Positions 53,840 through 64,000 of a stretch of DNA of 64,000 bases are shown here, one piece after another. Within the stretch, counting starts at the first letter, position 1. Each line of letters opens with the position of its first letter. A program made the position numbers and the translations under genes. The notes below the pieces were generated by a model. It was not told the origin of the DNA and ran no database searches. It worked only from the letters and a program-made list of their open reading frames with translations. The DNA is taken from positions 3,596,001 to 3,660,000 of the forward strand of contig OX597834.1 in assembly GCA_951406725.2 (NCBI GenBank), in the 5' to 3' direction. Origin of the DNA: Octopus vulgaris. Taxonomy: Eukaryota.

Positions 53840-54245
53840 AGCGCAGTAGTGGTGAGATATGACAGCAAAGAAAAGCATACATTCACTCTCTGCATGCAAT
53901 TAGACTCGGAAAGTTCGTGAGGAACCCATTGACCCAATTTGCTGACTTTTCCGATAGCACACAGGTGTCAATGAATGGTTGAATGACCAAATCCAAGCTT
54001 CTCTGCTAGTTCCTCAACAGTTTCGATGATATTTTGTTCCACCAGGGTTTTCAGGATGTCCTTGTCGAGTTCTACAGATCTTTCAGGATGAGGCTCGTCT
54101 TCTAGGCTGTAGTTTATGGCTCGGGATTTCTGGAACCACCATTGACACTGCCTTACGCTTATTGTCCAATCCCCATATACTGCATAAATATTTCTTGTAC
54201 TTTGCACACATTTATATTCTGTTATTCTTTTATATGTTTCAGCCT
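53840..54245 (-). mobile_element. Mariner transposase N-terminal relic
   Basis: RNIYAVYG..SVRQCQWWFQK..SLEDEP..TVEELAEKLG, then GQWVPHE in a shifted frame. Confidence 0.85.
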
Positions 54246-54267
54246 TGAGGTTGTGGCCATGCTGGAT

Positions 54268-54303
<36 letters not shown>

Positions 54304-54448
54304 TATCTGTCTGTCTGTCTGTATGTATATATGTATATGTATGTGTGTGAACAATAATATTTTCAACAGATGTGTTGCAAATGTATCTGATTGTTCTCAA
54401 GCTTCAATACTGTGTGTGTGTGTATGTGTGTGTGTGTATGTATGTATG

Positions 54449-54480
<32 letters not shown>

Positions 54481-55459
54481 TGTATGTATGTATGTGTGTA
54501 TGTATGTATGTGTGTGTGTATGTATGTGTGTGTGTATGTGTGTGTATGTATGTATGTATGTATGTATGTATGTATGTATGTATGAGTGTATGTTTACTTT
54601 ATTACTAATTACTCTCTTCCAAGAACATTTTCACTCACTCTTAGCTCTTAGCTTCCCATACATTTTACTCATGTATCTATCAGCGTCATAGACAGAATAC
54701 TTTCACTTTAGTCTTCCTCAAATCACTCTGTCGCTATTTACTTTCATTTTATTCGTTGCCCACTGTGTGTGTGCGTTTGCGTGTGGTGTAAACCAGACTA
54801 AGAAAAGCATTTGACACACACACCAGAATGTGAGTTTTCTGTAAATTTTGCTTAATTGGAGTTTAAATTTTAAAAACTGGACCTGGCATGACGCGATGCA
54901 TTGTACTCTCAAAAATGCTAGGTAAATTGTAATTGAAGAAATCCTATATTGTAGATTTGTATAACTCCCAAAGGGAGGCAGATAAAATCTGCCTTTTATA
55001 ATAAGAGATATATATGTATATATATATGTATATATATGTATATATATATGTATATATATGTATATATATGTATATGTATATATAGATATATATATATATG
55101 TGTCTGATGTGTGTGTATATATATATGTATATATATATGTATATATATATATATGCATATATATGTATATGTATATATACATATATACATACATATATAT
55201 ATATGTGTGTGTGTATATATATATGTATATATATGCATATATATATATGTATATATATATATATGTGTGTGTGTATATATATGTATATATATGCATATGT
55301 ATATATATATATATGTATGTATATGTATATATATATATGTATATATATGTATTTGTATATATATATATGTATATATATGTATATATATATGTATATATAT
55401 ATATGTGTGTATATATATATGCATATATATGTATATATATATGTATATATATATATGTA

Positions 55460-55512
<53 letters not shown>

Positions 55513-55514
<2 letters not shown>

Positions 55515-56215
55515 TTCAACTCAACATCCAGGAACTCAGACATCCCAAATTAAAGAAAACTTTACGACCAAACGCCTTACCATACATCTCCACACACAGC
55601 CCTTTCAACAATGAAGCCTTCGGCACCATCCTTCAAAACATACCCTTGCTACAAAAAGACCATAGAATGAACTTAATCCTCCAAACACACACGATCATAA
55701 AAAGCAAGAGACAGCCCAAATCTATGAAAAGTCTCCTAACACAAGCCCGAATACGCTCATCAACGCAGAAGCCGACAGTAAAAAAATGTGGAAGACCCAA
55801 TTGCGGGATATGCGATTATCTAATTGAGGGATCAGAGTTCTCCTTCAAACAGGGACAACGGTTCACAGTGAAAAGCAACTTCACATGTGCTTCGGAGAAC
55901 CTGATATACACACTAACCTGCTCTGGGTGTCAAGAGCAATACATAGGCCAAACAAAAAATAGTTTACGTAAAAGAATGGCCCTGCATAGATCCCAGATAA
56001 AAATTCCCCAAAACAGAAAAATAGCATTCAGCCAACACATAGATATTTGCGCCAACAACAAAACTCCAAGCTTCAGGATTTCCCCCCTCTACCAATTCAG
56101 GGACGATACAACCTCGAGCCAACGAATAAGTAAAGAAACTCTCTTTATTACAAAATACAGGCCCCTTCTAAACGCATCTACGACAAACGATATATCCTCC
56201 TCAGCTTTAGAATAA
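55513..56215 (+). mobile_element. Penelope-like element 3' part with an open Cys-rich GIY-YIG endonuclease frame
   Basis: [58 protein letters not shown]. 5'-truncated within (TA)n. Confidence 0.9.
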
Positions 56216-56835
56216 CACAAATACACACGCAAATATTACATTCCTATGAATCCATTAAAAATTAGCCCCAATAACAGCTATAACCCACAACGTGCCAACT
56301 TTAAGTCATCCAACATCCCACTACTTCCACGCATTCATATTCTCCCTTCTCTTCTTCTTCTTCTTCTTCTTCTTCTTCTTCTTCTTCTTCTTCTTCTTCT
56401 TCTTCTTCTTCTTCTTCTTCTTCTTCTTCTTCTTCTCCCTCCTCTTCTTCTTTGTCACTAATGCTTTTTGGTATAACACCTACGCAAATTCTATAAACAA
56501 ACCTTTCAATAGAAATATTTTCATGAATTGAACAGCAGGAACTGCTAGCAACAACTGACCAACGACAATCAAGGCAATCCCAAATCTCCCTCCCCATCTC
56601 CCCCTCCTCCTCCTCCTCCTCCTCCTCCTCCTCCTTCTCCTCCTTCTCCTCCTCCTCCTCCTCCTCCTCCTCCTCCTTCTCCTCCTTCTCCTCCTCCTTC
56701 TTCTTCTTCCCTACCAAGAATTCACATGGACCTTGAACCCACAAGAGTAAACAAGAGAGACAGAGAAACTTCTCTTTTAATTCTTCTAAGTCTCAATGAC
56801 TTTTTATAAAATTAATTTAGCATTTTCTATCTTGA

Positions 56836-56984
<149 letters not shown>

Positions 56985-57579
56985 GTATATATGTATATAT
57001 ACATGTATATATGTATATATATATATGTATATATGTATATATACATATATATATATGTATATATATATATGTATATATTTATGTATATATATATGTATAT
57101 ATATGTATATATGTATATTATATATGTATATATGTATATTAGTATATATATATATATGTGTATATATGTATATTATATATGTATATATATGTATGTATAT
57201 ATATATGTATATATGTATATATATATATATATGTATATATATGTATATATATATACGTATATATATATATATGTATATATATATGTATATATGTATATAT
57301 ACATGTATATATGTATATATATATATGTATATATACATATATATATATGTATATATATATATGTATATATATATGTATATATATATGTATATATATATGT
57401 ATATATATGTATATATGTATATTATATATATATATATATGTATATAAGTATATATATATATGCGTATATATGTATATTATATATGTATATATGTATTTAT
57501 GTATATATATATATATGTATATATATGTATATTTATATATATATATGTATATATATATATGTATATATATGTATATATA

Positions 57580-59975
57580 TGTACGGGCCACTGACCATGT
57601 ACGGGCCAAAAGAGAGCACGGATATGCAGCCTACAAGAAACCCTCAAAATCTTTCCAGCTTGAACTACCATAAGGCAAACTGGAAACAAATTGAGAAAGA
57701 GATCCTCAAACAAAACTGGCCTAAATGTCTCTCCTCGCCAGACATCGACGTGAAACTTCAACAATTCATGTCTGTAATGCAAGCCATATGCTACAAATGT
57801 GTCCCAGAGAGAAAGGCCACTGTACACAAGAACAAAATCCCCAGAGAGAGGAAAATTTTAATGAGACGGCGTACGAAATTTTCAAATCGCCTAAACAAAC
57901 AGATTGAAAGCAGTGAAAAGTCCCGCCTAAAAATAAAACTGTTGGAAATCGAAAAATGTCTGCAACTCTCCCATGAAAAAGAAAGAGCAGACAAAGAAGC
58001 CTGGGCTATAGAAAACATAAAATCTAACCCCAGAGCTTTCTACAGGTATGCCAAAGAAACAGCTACAGTGCACTGTAGAATAGGGCCACTCCTCGAAAAG
58101 GATGGCACACTTACAGGAAAACCAATGAGGGTAAGTGAAATACTGAATGAGCAATTCAAGAGTGTTTTCACTCCACCCCTTGGGCATCTCCAAATCACCA
58201 ATCCAACTGACTTTTTTACCACTGCAGATATAAAATCAGAGGCGGCGACGATAGATTACATCGATATAAAGGAAGACGATGTAACCAAGGCTATAGATGA
58301 AATGAAAACAGACTCAGCTACTGGCCCCGATGGATTCCCGGCAATCCTCCAAAAAGCATGTAAGAGAGTCCTAGCAAGACCACTGCAGTTCCTCTTTCAG
58401 AGCTTCCTTGCAGCTGGCAAACTTCCAGGAAAACTGAAGGAAGGTAAAATATGCCCCATTCATAAAGGAGGTAGCAGAGCGGAAGCCAAGAACTATAGAC
58501 CTATCTCTCTGACCTCACACATCAGCAAGGTCATGGAACGAATAGTCAGAAGGAAGCTGATCACCTTCCTTGAAGAGAATGACTTGCTGCCCGACACCCA
58601 ACATGGTTTCCGACCAGGGAGAAGCTGTTTAACTCAGCTCCTACAACACTATGACTGGGTGCTGAAACGGCTGCTCAACCACTCAAATGTGGAAGTGATA
58701 TATCTCGACTTTGCAAAGGCCTTTGATAAAGTCGATCATGGAATGATATGTCACAAACTGCGTGATCTCAACATAGTTGGAAAACTGGGAGAATGGCTTC
58801 ATGACTTTCTGAAGGATAGAAGTCAGGTGGTAGTAGCCAATGGGGCCACCTCCATTAACACACAAATAGTGAGCGGTGTTCCGCAGGGCACTGTTCTGGG
58901 ACCACTACTGTTCATAATGGCCCTCTCAGACATGCCCTCAGCCACGCAGAGAGCCACGATCACAAGTTATGCAGATGATACAAAAGTTTCACAGGCAATA
59001 CAGAACCCTGAGGACACTAAACACCTGCAATGTGAGCTGGACGAAATATACAAGTGGGCTGAAAAGAATAGCATGCAGTTCAATGCTGGAAAGTTTCAAG
59101 CTTTATACTATCAGCATGCAAAACTGAATGCAATACCCAATGAATACACTGGACCCGGAGGGATTGCAATCCCAGAGGCACAATCAGTGCGTGACCTGGG
59201 TATTTACATGAGTGATGACGCGACCTTTCATGTACATGTTGCTAAACTGACAATGAAATGTAGACGGCTGGCTGGATGGATTCTTAGAACCTTTAGAACA
59301 AGAGAACAAGAAACCATGATGGTCCTCTGGAAGACACTTGTCCTAAGCCACTTTGACTATTGCTCTCAGCTATGGTCACCATCCAGTGTCAAGTTGATCA
59401 CAGAACTTGAGGCGATCCAACGAAGCTACACAAAGAAGATAGCCTCTATGCAGAATGTAAGCTACTGGGAAAGACTCAAGAGATTAAAATTATATTCCCT
59501 GGAGCGTAGGCGGGAAAGATATGCCATAATATACATCTGGAAGATCCTGGAGGGAAGTGTCCTGAACTTTGGCATCGAGAGTTACGCAAATGCCAGAACT
59601 GGGCGCCACTGCGTGGTGCCTAGGACTCCAAACCTGCCATCAAGATGTAGGACAAGATACTGTGATAGCCTGGGCTTCCGAGGCCCACAGCTCTTCAATA
59701 TCCTCCCGAAGAACCTGAGAGACCTGCATGGGGTGGATACAGATGTCTTTAAAATGAAGCTGGATCTCTTCCTGTCAGGTGTCCCAGATGAACCAACTTC
59801 ACGGCAGGAGGGGCAGATGAGGGCAGCTGCATCGAACTCTCTCATGCACCAAATAGCAGTTGCTAGAAAGCCTCCATGAAGTGAAACCAAGTAGCAACAC
59901 CAAATGGCGGTGCCCCAGCATGGCCACAGCTCATAAGCTGAAACTAGAATCAATCAATCAATCAATCAATCAATC
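57580..59975 (+). mobile_element. 5'-truncated CR1-group LINE with an uninterrupted reverse transcriptase frame
   Basis: About 765 open codons: [60 protein letters not shown]. (ATCA)n tail. No APE domain. Confidence 0.92.
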
Positions 59976-60004
59976 ATATATGTATATATGTATATATATA
60001 TATG

Positions 60005-60077
<73 letters not shown>

Positions 60078-60293
60078 TTACCTTACAGATAATCTAGATC
60101 CCCAAATAAACCCAGACTATTCGCACAGACTGTTAAAGATGGTAATAAAATAAAAATAGAAGCAATATAGAACTCACTGGCTAAAACGTCTATGAATAAG
60201 CGCTGTCGATGTCAACCATGTTGGTGCGTCAACCAGGCCGTGACGGCTAAGCCGCACTCTGATTAGTTAAAGTGTTTTATATATATATATATA

Positions 60294-60919
60294 CTAGCAG
60301 TATCGCCCGGCGTTGCTCGGGTTTGTAAGGGAAATAACTATATAAGCATTTTTAGAGAGTTATAGCCAAAAAATAGCAAAAAATGCATTAAAAATGGAAA
60401 AAATATGATGGTAAATTTTTTTTTAAATCGTTGACTCATCGTAGACATTTTTAGAGAGTTACTTCCCTTATATAATAGCGAAAAAATGCATTAAAATGGA
60501 AAAAAAAACGATGGTAATTTTTTTTTAAATCGTAGACTCATGTAGACGCTTTCTTAGCCATTTCTGTTTTGGTGTCTTCAAGCCATAAAGTCGTTGTTCT
60601 AAAAGAACACTGGTCTCCTTGACAACGCATTACGACGTTGATTTCCTTACACTCCCTTCCCCACAGGTGCAGGTGTGAGCGTGGACGCCAACTCCGCCGC
60701 CATCGACACACGAAAAATTATGCATTAAAATGGAATAAAAAATGATGTTAAATTATTTTTAAAATCGTAGACGCGCGCTAATATTCAGACGGGCTCGATA
60801 TGAAGCACGACTATAAGCTACCCGAATTTGGTTAAACTGTACCGCAAAATGTGGGAGTAGTTAGGAATCTAAATCGAAGGGGACAGACACTCACACAACT
60901 ACAGTTTTATATATATAGA
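60294..60919 (-). mobile_element. Non-autonomous Helitron, family A
   Basis: TC and CTAG termini. About 100 bp longer than 53309-53832 because of one extra internal subrepeat. Confidence 0.88.
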
Positions 60920-62068
60920 TATACATAGCGCAGTAGTGGTGAGATATGACAGCAAAGAAAAGCATACATTCACTCTCTGCATGCAATTAGACTCGGAAAG
61001 TTCGTGAGGAACCCATTGACCCAATTTGCTGACTTTTCCGATAGCACACAGGTGTCAATGAATGGTTGAATGACCAAATCCAAGCTTCTCTGCTAGTTCC
61101 TCAACAGTTACGATGATATTTTGTTCCACCAGGGTTTTCAGGATGTCCTTGTCGAGTTCTACAGATCTTTCAGGATGAGGCTCGTCTTCTAGGCTGTAGT
61201 TTATGGCTCGGGATTTCTGGAACCACCATTGACACTGCCTTACGCTTATTGTCCAATCCCCATATACTGCATTAATATTTCTTGTACTTTGCACACATTT
61301 ATATTCTGTTATTCTTTTATATGTTTCAGCCTTGAGGTTGTGGCCATGCTGGATCATGTGTGTGTGTGTGTGTCTATCTGTCTGTCTGTCTGTATGTATA
61401 TATGTATATGTATGTGTGTGAACAATAATATTTTCAACAGATGTGTTGCAAATGTATCTGATTGTTCTCAAGCTTCAATACTGTGTGTGTGTGTATGTGT
61501 GTGTGTGTATGTATGTATGTATATGTATGTATGTATGTATGTATATGTATGTATGTATGTATGTGTATGTATGTATGTGTGTGTGTATGTATGTATGTGT
61601 GTGTGTGTATGTATGTATGTATGTATGTATGTATGTATGTATGTATGTATGAGTGTATGTTTACTTTATTACTAATTACTCTCTTCCAAGAACATTTTCA
61701 CTCACTCTTAGCTCTTAGCTTCCCATACATTTTACTCATGTATCTATCAGCGTCAGACAGAATACTTTCACTTTAGTCTTCCTCAAATCACTCTGTCGCT
61801 ATTTACTTTCATTTTATTCGTTGCCCACTGTGTGTGTGCGTTTGCGTGTGGTGTAAACCAGACTAAGAAAAGCATTTGACACACACACCAGAATGTGAGT
61901 TTTCTGTAAATTTTGCTTAATTGGAGTTTAAATTTTAAAAACTGGACCTGGCATGACGCGATGCATTGTACTCTCAAAAATGCTAGGTAAATTGTAATTG
62001 AAGAAATCCTATATTGTAGATTTGTATAACTCCCAAAGGGAGGCAGATAAAATCTGCCTTTTATAATA

Positions 62069-62075
<7 letters not shown>
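60294..62075. repeat. Segmental duplication, copy 2 (of 53309-55010), including the mariner relic at about 60930-61335
   Basis: Near-identical ORF pairs 53968/61055 and 54718/61783. Confidence 0.93.
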
Positions 62076-62138
<63 letters not shown>

Positions 62139-62343
62139 TGAAATAGAAAGATGAATAATCTTGTAGTAGATTAATCAAAAGTTTAACCGATACCTTAGTA
62201 GCAAAAATCACAGCAGTAAACAGCACGGTTGGAGGTACAACCATATGGTGTTGCAACCGTGCGTTGGTGCGGATAATTGAAATTAAAATATTATTGGTGA
62301 ATTGAAGAAATGGAGCTGAACGCAGATTGAACAGAAATCGTTT

Positions 62344-62436
62344 TATTTCATTCCACACGTGTTTCGAAAGGCACACTTTCCCAAATCCGATTGAATAATG
62401 GGACCATATTGTGTCTTTCTCTTCAGGAAGAAAATA
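62344..62436 (-). ncRNA. Hammerhead motif, left-arm copy (GUG at the cleavage site)
   Basis: Reverse complement of 63212-63304, but with GAAACACGTGTG. Confidence 0.65.
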
Positions 62437-63211
62437 GGAAATCCGTTGGAAAAAACACAAACAGAACAGAGGCGGAGCAAAAACAAATCGAATTAGGCTC
62501 CTAAGAGCCCATGGCGAAACTGTTTATCAGTGTATGTTGAGAACCGGTGGCTGAAGAATTTAACGGGTCAGGCATCGGTCAATCATGTGGGTGAGGGTGT
62601 GTAGATGTTCTTTGTGACCGAGAATAAAGTTCTGACTATTTGAGAACCGTTGGGTGGCAGAAAAAAAAAATAAAAAAAAAAAATATATATATATATTATG
62701 TTTTATGTGTGTGTGTGTTCATCTAAGCCTGCCTTGTCAAGGAAACCCCCGTTGACAAGGCAGGCTTAGATGAACACACACACACATAAAACATAATATA
62801 TATATATTTTTTTAATTTTTTATTTTTTTCTGCCACCCAACGGTTCTCACTGCAGTAGCCACTGACAGCCGAACGATCAAACGCACACACGTACACAAAA
62901 AATGTTTTCTACCCCTACGCCAACGCACGCATATATAGAACAGTATACACACACACGTCTCTAAGTAGATTTTTTCTCGCCCCTTATAAAACATCCAATA
63001 TTCCTTAAATAGTCAGAACTTTATTCTCGGTCACAAAGAACATCTACACACCCTCACCCACATGATTGACCGATGCCTGACCCGTTAAATTCTTCAGCCA
63101 CTGGTTCTCAACATACACTGATAAACAGTTTCGCCATGGGCTCTTAGGAGCCTAATTCGATTTGTTTTTGCTCCGCCTCTGTTCTGTTAGTGTTTTTTCC
63201 AACGGATTTCC

Positions 63212-63304
63212 TATTTTCTTCCTGAAGAGAAAGACACAATATGGTCCCATTATTCAATCGGATTTGGGAAATTGCGCCTTTCGAAACACGTGTAGAATGA
63301 AATA
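63212..63304 (+). ncRNA. Type I hammerhead ribozyme, right-arm copy (GUA site)
   Basis: TATTTT.TTC-CTGAAGA-GAAAGACACAAT...ATTGCGCCTTTC-GAAA-C(ACGT)G-TA-GAA.GAAATA. Confidence 0.8.
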
Positions 63305-63356
63305 AAACGATTTCTGTTCAATCTGCGTTCAGCTCCATTTCTTCAATTCACCAATA

Positions 63357-63408
<52 letters not shown>

Positions 63409-63538
63409 GTAATGCATGACGAAAGTATTGCTTTCCAGTAAAGAATCGCCCGCGAGGGAAAATTATACATAGAAGTAAATTATTACGTTCGCTATTTCCA
63501 GTAAAAATCGGTACTTCGTTGTGCCATATATTTACTTC

Positions 63539-63679
<141 letters not shown>

Positions 63680-63728
63680 ATATTTATATGTATTTATATA
63701 TGTATATATGTATATATATATATGTATA

Positions 63729-63822
<94 letters not shown>

Positions 63823-64000
63823 TAACACGCCATCGATGTCAACTATACTGGTGCGCTCACAAAGCTGTGACCGTTAAACAGCACGTTGCTTAGTTAAAAG
63901 GTTCTTATGAATATCAACTATATTAGCGCACTCATCAAACCATGACGTCTAAGCTTAACGCTGATTGGTTAAAATACAGTTCGTAAGATATAGCTTGCTG

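Larger units (their letters stand above)
53309..55010. repeat. Segmental duplication, copy 1 (paralog at 60294-62075)
   Basis: The Helitron, mariner relic, microsatellites and unique segment are repeated nearly identically about 7 kb downstream. Confidence 0.93.
62284..63364. repeat. Nested fold-back: 358-bp outer arms plus an inner hairpin with arms of about 100 bp
   Basis: 62284-62641 is the near-perfect reverse complement of 63007-63364. 62641-62740 pairs with 62752-62849. Confidence 0.93.

Overview
This is AT-rich, microsatellite-dense animal genomic DNA. The SINE, LINE and Helitron content resembles a coleoid cephalopod such as Octopus (inference), so there are no operons or CRISPR arrays. 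The only convincing host genes are two diverged, same-strand DUF229-like paralogs of the alkaline phosphatase/sulfatase superfamily (5617-7581 and about 46385-48449). The second probably starts in a small upstream exon at 41461-41492. The rest is transposon debris: R4/Dong-like RLE LINEs in (TAA)n, L1/Tx1-like elements, CR1-like LINEs (one with a long open RT frame), Penelope GIY-YIG fragments, mariner relics, non-autonomous Helitrons, a hAT MITE, solo-LTR-like pieces and three SINE families. There are also two recent local segmental duplications, a 111-bp LINE-derived tandem array and a 27-bp minisatellite. The most striking signal missing from the ORF track is about ten type I hammerhead-ribozyme motifs from several unrelated sequence families. 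Several lie in fold-back (inverted-repeat) elements, and one sits directly behind a Penelope endonuclease ORF.
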